From contig JBDROZ010000039.1 in assembly GCA_043809585.1 (NCBI GenBank), forward strand, positions 12,577-76,576: a stretch of 64,000 nucleotides of DNA. Reading direction: 5' to 3'. The stretch's first letter is position 1; each line of letters begins with the position of its first letter. Below, one piece after another: positions 42,579 to 50,327 of this stretch. Below the pieces are notes generated by a model. The model was not told where the DNA came from and did not search any database. It saw only the letters and a program-made list of their open reading frames with translations. Source of the stretch: Candidatus Eiseniibacteriota bacterium. GTDB taxonomy: Bacteria; Orphanbacterota; Orphanbacteria; Orphanbacterales; Orphanbacteraceae. The translations under genes were made by a program, and so were the position numbers.

Positions 42579-44195
42579 TTAGGAGGGCACGGTATCATCG
42601 GGAAACACGATCTTGGCCTGTACTCCTATTTGCCCCAATAGGTAAAGAAGCCCCCCACCATCGATAAGCTCGATAGGCTTTTCGTTGGCAAACTCATGAG
42701 CATCTGGCCCATACCCACTAGTCGAAACCAGTATGCCCTTATTGGCTCCTTCATTAATCATCGTTCCATAGAGGTCTCGAACGGCCGCAACGCCCACCGT
42801 ATTCTTGTACCGCTTGGCCTGAATAACGACCTTCCCACCTACAATGGGCCGCGTATCGAAGGCAATAGCATCGACACCCCCGTCTCGGGATGACTGTGTT
42901 TGTTTGGTGTCGAATCCGAGATGGTCGAACAGATTGCTTATGAGGTTCTCGAATTCAAACGGATCTAATTCATAGAGATTGGGTCGACTCTCGAGGTCGG
43001 CGAGGACATCGCTTGCTTCCACGAAGCGTCGATCAACCATGTTGAAGTCGACTATGGGCTTAACGGCCTGCAGTTGGTCCGCACTCCGAGAAACTTGAGC
43101 ACCCAGATTCCTCAGACAAACCGCCTTGTCGACCCTCGAGAGGTTAACCTCAGAGAAGCGCTCCTTAGTTGTTCTGACAGAAACGAGATGCGGACGGATA
43201 TCGTTCCCCGTGGCCGGATCTACCGCCTGAACAAATCCATTGAAGACTACGACGTCGATATGGTTTCCTTGGTCTGCCTCCAGAACCTCATGGATAGACC
43301 GAAGGCTGACTGCGGCCACGACATCTTGATAGAGAGATCTTAAGTCGCTCTGCTTCGCATCCTTCTCTCGTATCTCATCCTTGCTCTTTACGTAGAAGTA
43401 CTCACTGACGGTCGGCACAACCGAAACATTGGGGAGCTCATACTCAATTACAAGCTCCTTCGATTCTGGGATGTACGCCAATCGGTATTCTTGGGGAAAC
43501 TCCTCGGGGTATTCTGATCGCTCCAGGACCATAGAGGAGTAGGTTACTATCGCCTCAGAATCACCATTGCCGTACGCAACTTGAAACTCGTCTATCTCCT
43601 GATTCCGCTGTCGGACCTTCTCCTGGAATTGCTCTTTCTCCTTCACATATTCGGCTCGCACTTGCCGTATTCTCTCTTCTCGAGCATCGAGCGCTTGCTG
43701 ATACTCTTTAAGTGCCTCTGAGTATTGAGCATCGGCTTCTCGAAGTCGAGACTCGTACTTCGCTCTGGAACCTGGGAGAATCTTTGCTAGACGGTTAGGC
43801 TTTGGTATCTGGCTAAGAAAGGACTCTCGGTCCGGCGGTGTCGGTTCCTCGCTTAGATCCTTCGGAATCTTGAATGACCGAAAGCGCTCTTTCACTCGAA
43901 GGTCACCAAATGAGACTGTATCATCAATCTGAAGTGTGTGTTTCAGAATCTGGGACAACGCCTCGGTTCTAGTGGCAAGGTGCTCGTTCCTCTCGTTGGC
44001 TTCCTCCAAACGACTCTCGGCGTAGAGTTTCTTGGCTTCGCGTACAGCCTGCCCCTGAGCGCGGATCATTGCCTTCTCAAGGAGGTGCAATTCTCTCTGG
44101 CGAGCTTTCTCTCTACGTTCGGCTTCACGAGCGGACCGCGCGGCTTCGCGGGCCATGGCGTTTACTAGGCCGCTGAAAGAACCTCTTCTACCCAT
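42579..44195 (-). CDS. Mrr-type restriction-endonuclease-domain protein with a long N-terminal coiled-coil region (538 aa)
   Basis: The C-terminal about 150 aa (…ELDPFEFENLISNLFDHLGFDTKQTQSSRDGGVDAIAFDTRPIVGGKVVIQAKRYKNTVGVAAVRDLYGTM…) match the Mrr_cat nuclease fold. The N-terminal about 200 aa are charged and heptad-rich. AAGGGGA RBS. Composition is clearly less GC-rich than the chromosome average. Confidence 0.8.
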   Translation of the reverse strand: MGRRGSFSGLVNAMAREAARSAREAERREKARQRELHLLEKAMIRAQGQAVREAKKLYAESRLEEANERNEHLATRTEALSQILKHTLQIDDTVSFGDLRVKERFRSFKIPKDLSEEPTPPDRESFLSQIPKPNRLAKILPGSRAKYESRLREADAQYSEALKEYQQALDAREERIRQVRAEYVKEKEQFQEKVRQRNQEIDEFQVAYGNGDSEAIVTYSSMVLERSEYPEEFPQEYRLAYIPESKELVIEYELPNVSVVPTVSEYFYVKSKDEIREKDAKQSDLRSLYQDVVAAVSLRSIHEVLEADQGNHIDVVVFNGFVQAVDPATGNDIRPHLVSVRTTKERFSEVNLSRVDKAVCLRNLGAQVSRSADQLQAVKPIVDFNMVDRRFVEASDVLADLESRPNLYELDPFEFENLISNLFDHLGFDTKQTQSSRDGGVDAIAFDTRPIVGGKVVIQAKRYKNTVGVAAVRDLYGTMINEGANKGILVSTSGYGPDAHEFANEKPIELIDGGGLLYLLGQIGVQAKIVFPDDTVPS

Positions 44196-44441
44196 AGAAT
44201 CCCCTTGACGAAATCCGATTTGGTACTTTTCTATCTACAGACTGGGTAACAATTGGGGAACACAATGCCAGTCTACTCTCACAACCAATGATCGTGTGTG
44301 CACAGTTACTGCTACAGAACGGATATTGCGCTCCCCGATCATCGGCGCGAGAAGTGCTCGTTCGCCTCCGGCTATCTGCTAACTACTTGGGATTCTAGGT
44401 GTTCGATGGGTCGTGGGTCAATCATTCTCTGTTTCCCGACC

Positions 44442-44738
44442 CCGGTTCATTCCCTTCGACAGGCCCCCGGTTCATCCCCTTCGATACGGACCTCCGGTCC
44501 TACTCAGGACAGGCTTCGATACACCGCGGCCCTTGGCCGCGGCACTCAGGACGAACGGGGGAAGATCGGCGGGGAGGCGGACCGGAGGAGGGAGGGGAGT
44601 GGGGCGGACTTGAACGCTCGTCGTGCGGCGGGAGAAAGCCCTCCCATTCTCCGGGCTCGTACGGGTAGCGTTGCGCGGACCGCCAACAACTCCCCGGTTA
44701 TGCCCCGGCCCCTCCCGATGCCGGTCCGCCCCCCGCCG
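44442..44738 (+). repeat. Composite structured repeat, direct copy 1 (A + B)
   Basis: A (44442-44560): CTTCGATAC GGACCTCCGGTCC TACTCAGGAC AGG CTTCGATAC ACCGCGGCCCTTGGCCGCGG CACTCAGGAC GAACGGGGG. B (44571-44738) starts GGGGAGGCGGACCGGAGG and ends CCGGTCCGCCCCCCGCCG. Confidence 0.8.
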
Positions 44739-44780
44739 CACGCAGCAGATTGCGACTGTCCTCGGCCACCTTCTCCCCTG

Positions 44781-45029
44781 TTCATCCCCTTCGATACGGA
44801 CCTTCGGTCCTACTCAGGACAGGCTTCGATACGATCCTCCCTCCGGTCGGATCACTCAGGACGAACGGTGACGGGGGCCACGGGAAATGTACATGATACC
44901 TTCGGTTTCGCCGCCCCCTTCGACAGGATCAGGACGGGCTTCGATTCACCGCGCATTGCCGCCCCCGTCGACAGGCTCAGGACAGGCTTCGATACGGCGC
45001 CGGGGGCGCCTACTCAGGACGAACGGGGA
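44781..45029 (+). repeat. Two further A-type units (hairpin plus YACTCAGGAC…CTTCGATAC modules) between copy 1 and mazF
   Basis: 44781-44877 and 44914-45029 repeat the CTTCGATAC / GC-hairpin / ACTCAGGACGAACGG pattern with different hairpin sequences (for example GGCGCCGGGGGCGCC). Confidence 0.7.
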
Positions 45030-45038
45030 ATGGCATCC

Positions 45039-45380
45039 CTACGCCGCGAACATCTCCCGGAGAACGGCCAGCGACAAAGCCGTCGCCTTCGGCGACAGAC
45101 GACCGAGGCGGCGGACGAGGCGATCCCGGTCCACCGTGCGGATCTGATCGAGCACCACATGGCCGGAGCACCCCCCGAACCGGCAGGGCACTCGAAAGGG
45201 ATAACCGTGAGATCCGGTCGTGAGCGGTGCCACGATGACCGTGCGGAGATGCCCGTTCAACTCGTCCGGTGAAACGACGACGCAGGGCCGGGTCTTCCGG
45301 ATCTCCTCGCCCCGGGCGGGATCGAGGGCGATCAGGTAAACCTCACCCCGCCGAATCCCGCTCTCCTTCACCATTCCCAC
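45039..45380 (-). CDS. mazF: Type II toxin, MazF/PemK family endoribonuclease
   Basis: 113 aa. …RGEVYLIALDPARGEEIRKTRPCVVVSPDELN…VIVAPLTT… is the PemK signature. Confidence 0.85.
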   Translation of the reverse strand: MGMVKESGIRRGEVYLIALDPARGEEIRKTRPCVVVSPDELNGHLRTVIVAPLTTGSHGYPFRVPCRFGGCSGHVVLDQIRTVDRDRLVRRLGRLSPKATALSLAVLREMFAA

Positions 45381-45616
45381 TCCTCCTCGTCGAACCGGGT
45401 CGGAGCCGGAGGAATCACCAGGAGGTCCTCCCCTCTCTCCCGCAGGGCCTCAGCCCCCTCCGCCCAGCCGGCGCGGATTCCTGCGGCCGAAGCGATGACG
45501 ATCGCTCCGCCCTGAACACGGATCTCGACTTCCTCCGAGAGTCCGGCCTCCTCGATCAGCGGCTTCGGAATCCGCACGCCCCGTGAATTCCCGATGCGAA
45601 CCAAGCGTGTCTTCAT
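45368..45616 (-). CDS. mazE: Type II antitoxin, MazE/AbrB (SpoVT-AbrB) family
   Basis: 82 aa. MKTRLVRIGNSRGVRIPKPLIEEAGL… is a swapped-hairpin signature. Acidic tail. Overlaps mazF by 13 nt. GGAGGGG RBS. Confidence 0.8.
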   Translation of the reverse strand: MKTRLVRIGNSRGVRIPKPLIEEAGLSEEVEIRVQGGAIVIASAAGIRAGWAEGAEALRERGEDLLVIPPAPTRFDEEEWEW

Positions 45617-45629
45617 GAGACCGCCCCTC

Positions 45630-45650
45630 CTATGTAATTACATAGTAATT
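45630..45650. promoter_or_regulatory. Palindromic operator-like site CTATGTAATTACATAG (+ATTACATAGTAAT) immediately upstream of mazE
   Basis: Perfect 16-bp palindrome 14 nt upstream of the mazE ATG. The only AT-rich patch in this intergenic region. Confidence 0.5.
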
Positions 45651-45836
45651 CCGTGTGCGGCACCTGTCAAGCAACGATCTCTGAAGACTGAAGACCGGCT
45701 GCCTCCCCTCCGATAGCACTCCGGAGTGAGCGGGGGACCGACCCTCCATGCGGAGAAGACGAAGCCCACGTTCCGCGAAAACGGGCGGCGTCCCATGGAC
45801 GATCCGGGGATCCGACTGTAAACTGTCTGTCGGGAG

Positions 45837-46406
45837 GTGCCTAGCATGCGGTTGATTCTCAAGATCGCGCTCTTGGCCGTGGCGACCCTCGCAATTCAAT
45901 GTACTTCCGGAAGCGGCCCTACAGATTGGGTCCCTGATTTTGACCAGGCGAAGTGGGATGATCTGGAGGAAGCTGCCAAGACGGTACGGTTGGGCGACAC
46001 CTTCAAACTGCGAGTGGGCCGGACGGCCTACATTTCGGGAGCGTACCTGTGGGTCGTCTTCGCGGATGTCCCATCAGACGGTCGTTGCCCGATCGATGGA
46101 TCGTTCACGTGCTTTTGGGAGGGTGTCGCCTTCGTCGACCTATGGGTGCGCCAGGACATCCCGAACAGAGCCCCGGGAGAACCCGTAGAGCTCGTGGTCC
46201 ACACCACGGACACCGGCCCGTACTCGAAACACGTGGACCACGAGGCATACACGCTGACCCTGGGCGGGCTCGTGCCGTACCCGACGTACAAGGAGGACGG
46301 CATCAATCCTCAGTATCCTGGCCTGTTCCAGGTTCCACAGCTCGGCGAGTACATCGTGACGCTGACGGTAACAAGGGCCGCCCCCGGGTCCCCCGCCGCG
46401 GACTAA
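45837..46406 (+). CDS. Hypothetical secreted/lipoprotein-like protein (189 aa)
   Basis: GGGAGG RBS. Signal peptide MPSMRLILKIALLAVATLAIQCTSG. No recognised domain. Lower GC than the flanks. Confidence 0.6.
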   Translation: MPSMRLILKIALLAVATLAIQCTSGSGPTDWVPDFDQAKWDDLEEAAKTVRLGDTFKLRVGRTAYISGAYLWVVFADVPSDGRCPIDGSFTCFWEGVAFVDLWVRQDIPNRAPGEPVELVVHTTDTGPYSKHVDHEAYTLTLGGLVPYPTYKEDGINPQYPGLFQVPQLGEYIVTLTVTRAAPGSPAAD

Positions 46407-46506
46407 TCCAGCGTGAAAGCGGCGGCAGGTCGTTGCTCCGCCCGAAATCGCAGTTTCGTCCCCCTGATCCGACTGCCATCCCCACGCCTCTGCTCCCCCC
46501 GCCTCG

Positions 46507-46906
46507 CCCCCTTCGATACGGACCTCCGGTCCTACTCAGCACAGGCTTCGACAAGGCGCCGAGGGCGCCTACTCAGGACGAACGGGGAGGGGAACTACGG
46601 AATTAGATTTCCTGGATCCTCGCCTACGCGAGGATGACAATTGGACAGTGCGCGGGGCAAGCACCGCGGGGATGACAAGGGAAGCAAGGCCGTGTCGTCC
46701 CCGGGGGACCTTTGCCGCCAGGGCTAAGGGGACACGGCGGGGAGGCGGACCGGAGGAGGGAGGGGAGTGGGGCGGACTTGAACGCTCGTCGTGCGGCGGG
46801 AGAAAGCCCTCCCATTCTCCGGACTCGCGGAGGTGGCGTTGCGGAAGGCATCAAGAACTCCCCGGTTATGCCCCACCCCCTCCCGATGCCGGTCCGCCCC
46901 CCGCCG
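46507..46906 (+). repeat. Composite structured repeat, direct copy 2 (A + C + B)
   Basis: A 46507-46590. C 46591-46737 (GGAATTAGATTTCCTGGATCC TCGCCTACGCGAGG ATGACAATTGG … GCGGGG ATGACAAGGG …CCAGGGCTAAGGGGACACGGC). B 46738-46906, near-identical to 44571-44738. Confidence 0.8.
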
Positions 46907-46936
46907 TACGCAGAAGATGGTGACTGTCCCTGGTTG

Positions 46937-47258
46937 CCCTTCGATACGGACCTCCGGTCCTACTCAGGACGAACGGGGAGGGAGCATCACGGAATTGGAT
47001 TTCCTGGATCCCCTGCGCGGGGATGACAAGGGAAACAGGGCCGTGTTGTCCTCGGGGGACCTTTCGCGCCAGGGCTAAGGGGACACGGCGGGGAGGCGGA
47101 CCGGAGGAGGGAGGGGAGTGGGGCGGACTTGAACGCTCGTCGTGCTGCGGAAGGAAGCCCTCCCATTCTCCGGGCTCGCAGAGGTAGCGTTGCGGAAGGC
47201 ATCAAGAACTCCCCGGTTATGCCCCGCCCCCTCCCGATGCCGGTCCGCCTCCCCGCCG
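46937..47258 (+). repeat. Composite structured repeat, direct copy 3 (short A + C + B), in tandem with copy 2
   Basis: A 46937-46978 (internal module deleted between the two CTCAGGAC repeats). C 46979-47089. B 47090-47258. Confidence 0.8.
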
Positions 47259-47402
47259 TGCAGAACAAACAAGTGGCTGTCCCTGGATGCTCACTCGACC
47301 GTCATTTCATCACTGTGAACGAAAGGCGCGGCTCATTCGAAACGGACCCGGTAATCCGCTGCGCGACTGCCGAGCACTGCAGCGGACAGCCGCAGTCAGG
47401 CC

Positions 47403-47454
47403 CTGCCCGTCCTACCTGCCCGTCCTACCTGCCCGTCCTACCTGCCCGTCCTAC
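47403..47454. repeat. Perfect tandem repeat CTGCCCGTCCTAC x4 (13-bp unit)
   Basis: Read directly. Four exact units ending 10 nt from the stop codon of the xdh-family large-subunit gene. Confidence 0.9.
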
Positions 47455-47463
47455 CCCATCCCC

Positions 47464-49845
47464 CTACATCTTCCCCACCGCGCGAAGCACCCGCTCCGGT
47501 GTGAACGGGAGTTCCCGGAGGCGGACGCCGAGCGCGTGCTTCAATGCGTTGCCGACGGCCGGGGCGGGACCGTTCACCGGGATCTCGGCGATCGCCTTCA
47601 CCCCGAAGGGGCCGGTCGGCTCGTACGTTTCGACGAAGATCGTCTTCATCTTCGGCATGCCCTTCGACTTCAGGATCTTGTAGTCGATGAAGCCGACGTT
47701 CGCCGGGCGCCCCTCGCCGTCGAACATCAGTTCCTCCACCAGCGCCGCGCCGAGCCCCATCGAGACCGCGCCGTGCACCTGCCCCTCCGCGAGCTTCGGC
47801 GAGAGGATCGTCCCCGCGTCGACCGCCGTCACGAACTCCACCACCCGGATCTCCCCCGTCTCCATGTCCACCTCGATATCCGCGAACTGCGCCGCGAAAG
47901 GGGGCGGGCTGACCGGCGACACGTGCGACGCCGTCTTCTCCACCTGCGTCTTCTTCTTGTAGGCGATGAACATCGCCACCTCCCGGAGGGGCGTCTCCCC
48001 CCCCGAGGCCGCCGACATCACCTTGCGATCCTCCAGACGTAGATCGGCCGCCTTCTCGCCGATCATCTCCGCCGCGGCGTCCAGGATCGAATCGCGGACT
48101 TCCTCCGCCGCCCGGAGCGCGGCGCCGCCCGAGACATACGTCGTGCTCGACGCGTACGCCCCCGAGTCGAAGGGGGTCAGGTCCGTGTCCGCCGCGTAGA
48201 CCGTCACATCCTCCACGCCGATCCCGAGGGTCTCCGCGACGATCTGGGCGATCACCGTGTCCCCCCCCGTACCGAGGTCCGCCGCGCCGATCATCAGCGT
48301 CACCGAACCATCTTCGTTCAACTTCACCGTCGCCCCCGCCGTGTCGATACCCGCCACACCGCTCCCCTGGGAGAGACAGCACATGCCGACCCCCTTCTTG
48401 ATGAGCGGATTCCGGGCGTTCTCCTCGGCATAACGCTTCCGCTTCTCCCGCCAGCCGATCGCCTCCGCCCCCTTCTCGATGCACTCCCGGAGGCCGCAGC
48501 TCTCGATCTTCCACGCCGACCGCTCGTCCTCCGGCACGTTCGACGCCTTCACTTCATAGATGTGGGGGGAGAGCTCGTCTGCGTCCCCCTCGCGCACCGT
48601 GGTGGCCAGCCGAAAATCGACAGGGTCCATGCCGAGCCTCTCCGCCACCTCGTCCATGTGGCACTCGAGGGCGAACGCCCCCTGAGGCGTTCCGTATCCC
48701 CGCATGGCGCCCGCCGGCGGCAGGTTCGTGTAAACGGCGTCGAACTTGTAGCGCATGTTCGGGCAGCGGTAGCGGGGGAGATTCTTGTTCCCCGTGTTCG
48801 TCGGCACCGTGGGACTGTGGGAGCCGTACGCCCCCGCGTCGACGAGAGCGACCATCTCCATGGCCGTCAGCGTGCCGTCCTTCTTTACGCCCACCTTCAC
48901 GTCGATGGACATGGAGTGCCGGCACCGGACCGCGTTCAGGTCCTCGAACCGGGAAAGTTCCAAACGAACGGGCCGCCCCGAGGCGAGGGTGAGGGCCGCG
49001 GCGACATCCTCGAGGACCATCTCCTGCTTGCCCCCGAAACCGCCGCCGATCCGCGGCTTGATCACCCGGATCCGCCCGACCGGAAGGCCGAGGGCCTGCC
49101 CGATCTGGCGGCGCGTGTGGAACGGAACTTGGGTCGTGCAGATGACGGTCAGCCGCCCGTCGTCGTCCAGATAACAGACCGCCCCGTGCAGCTCCATCTG
49201 GGCGTGCTGCACCCGGGGGGAGAAGTAGGTCCCCTCGACCACCAGGTCCGCCTCGGCGAAGCCTCTCGCCGGATCCCGGAGCGTGCAGTCGACGGCGGCG
49301 CAGCGGTTCCGCGCCGGGTCCTCGGCCCGCACGATGTCCGGCTCGTCGTGAACCACCGGCGCCCCTTCCCGGAGCCCCTCCTCGGGCGTGAGCACCGCGG
49401 GAAGAACCTCGTAGTCGACCCGGATTCGGCGGAGCGCCTCGGCGGCGACCTCCTCCGACTCGGCCGCCACCGCCGCGACCCGGTCCCCCACGTGCCGGAC
49501 CTTGGCATCGAAGAGGAAATAGTCGTACGGGGAAGGCTCGACGTAATCCTGGCCCGCCCGCGTATAGGCGACCCGGGGGAACCGGCCGGGATCGTTCTCG
49601 CTCCACGGCCGGTCGCCGCGCACGTTCTCGTGGGTGAGCAGGGCGTGAACGCCGGGGAGGGCCGCCGCCGCGGAGACGTCGATCGAGCGAATCCGCGCGT
49701 GGGCGTGGGGGCTGCCGAGGATCTTCGCGACGAGCATCCCCTTTTGCGGGAAATCGTCCGTGAAAGCGGGGGCGCCGGTCACCAGTTCCCGGCCGTCCAC
49801 CTTCCGGACGTCCCGTCCGATCACGTGGTAGTACTTCCGGCTCAC
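47464..49845 (-). CDS. Xanthine dehydrogenase/aldehyde oxidase-family molybdopterin-binding large subunit
   Basis: 793 aa. Aldehyde oxidase/XDH a/b hammerhead and MoCo-binding domains (…GGGFGGKQE…, …QVHGAVSMGLGAAL…). Confidence 0.9.
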   Translation of the reverse strand: MSRKYYHVIGRDVRKVDGRELVTGAPAFTDDFPQKGMLVAKILGSPHAHARIRSIDVSAAAALPGVHALLTHENVRGDRPWSENDPGRFPRVAYTRAGQDYVEPSPYDYFLFDAKVRHVGDRVAAVAAESEEVAAEALRRIRVDYEVLPAVLTPEEGLREGAPVVHDEPDIVRAEDPARNRCAAVDCTLRDPARGFAEADLVVEGTYFSPRVQHAQMELHGAVCYLDDDGRLTVICTTQVPFHTRRQIGQALGLPVGRIRVIKPRIGGGFGGKQEMVLEDVAAALTLASGRPVRLELSRFEDLNAVRCRHSMSIDVKVGVKKDGTLTAMEMVALVDAGAYGSHSPTVPTNTGNKNLPRYRCPNMRYKFDAVYTNLPPAGAMRGYGTPQGAFALECHMDEVAERLGMDPVDFRLATTVREGDADELSPHIYEVKASNVPEDERSAWKIESCGLRECIEKGAEAIGWREKRKRYAEENARNPLIKKGVGMCCLSQGSGVAGIDTAGATVKLNEDGSVTLMIGAADLGTGGDTVIAQIVAETLGIGVEDVTVYAADTDLTPFDSGAYASSTTYVSGGAALRAAEEVRDSILDAAAEMIGEKAADLRLEDRKVMSAASGGETPLREVAMFIAYKKKTQVEKTASHVSPVSPPPFAAQFADIEVDMETGEIRVVEFVTAVDAGTILSPKLAEGQVHGAVSMGLGAALVEELMFDGEGRPANVGFIDYKILKSKGMPKMKTIFVETYEPTGPFGVKAIAEIPVNGPAPAVGNALKHALGVRLRELPFTPERVLRAVGKM

Positions 49846-50327
49846 GGCCTCCCCCCTTCCCGGCCCGAGGCGCGGCGCACGGCGCGCACCGGGTTCTCGT
49901 AGCCCGTGCAGCGGCAGAGGCTCCCCGTGAGGGCTTCGCGGATTTCGTCATCCGACGGCGTAGGGTTCCGGTCGAGGAGGGCTTTCGCCGCGAGCAGCAT
50001 GCCGGGCGTGCAGAAACCGCACTGCACGGCCCCCTCGTCGAGGAACGCTTCTTGGAGCGGATGGAGGCGGCGCCCCTCCGCGAGCCCTTCCACGGTGAGG
50101 ACCGAGCCGCCGTCCGCCTGCGCGGCGAGGAGGAGACAGCTCATCACCGGTTCGCCATCCAGAAGAACCGTGCAGGTGCCGCAGTCGCCGGTGGAGCACC
50201 CGACCTTGACGCCGAGGTACCCCTCCCGGCGGAGGAGACCGGAGAGCCGGTCCCCGGGAAGAGCGGCGAACGTCTTCTCCTCGCCGTTCACGACGAGACG
50301 GATCCGGATCTCTTCCGGCGTCTTCAT
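49842..50327 (-). CDS. (2Fe-2S)-binding small subunit of an xdh/cox-family dehydrogenase
   Basis: 161 aa. Plant-type (CSTGDCGTCTV) and 4-helix (CGFCTPGM…CRCTGY) 2Fe-2S motifs. Confidence 0.9.
   Translation of the reverse strand: MKTPEEIRIRLVVNGEEKTFAALPGDRLSGLLRREGYLGVKVGCSTGDCGTCTVLLDGEPVMSCLLLAAQADGGSVLTVEGLAEGRRLHPLQEAFLDEGAVQCGFCTPGMLLAAKALLDRNPTPSDDEIREALTGSLCRCTGYENPVRAVRRASGREGGRP

Noticed and set aside
44590-44620. tRNA-like fragment suggested by GGGCGGACTTGAACGCTCG in element B (resembles the reverse complement of a T-arm)
   Set aside because: No complementary strands could be found to form a T-stem, acceptor stem or anticodon arm. Better explained as part of the B-element internal structure.
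44298-45272. 324-aa plus-strand ORF spanning the A/B repeats and antisense mazF
   Set aside because: The translation is repeat-derived low complexity (multiple copies of RTGFD/TQDERG from the A units) and it overlaps the well-supported mazF on the other strand.
42340-47090. Possible CRISPR array (GC-palindromic hairpins such as CCCCGCCTACGCGGGG / ATCCTCGCCTACGCGAGGAT followed by ATGACAA)
   Set aside because: Only isolated or paired copies embedded in a larger composite repeat. There is no regular repeat-spacer periodicity, the repeats are not identical, and no cas genes are in the window.
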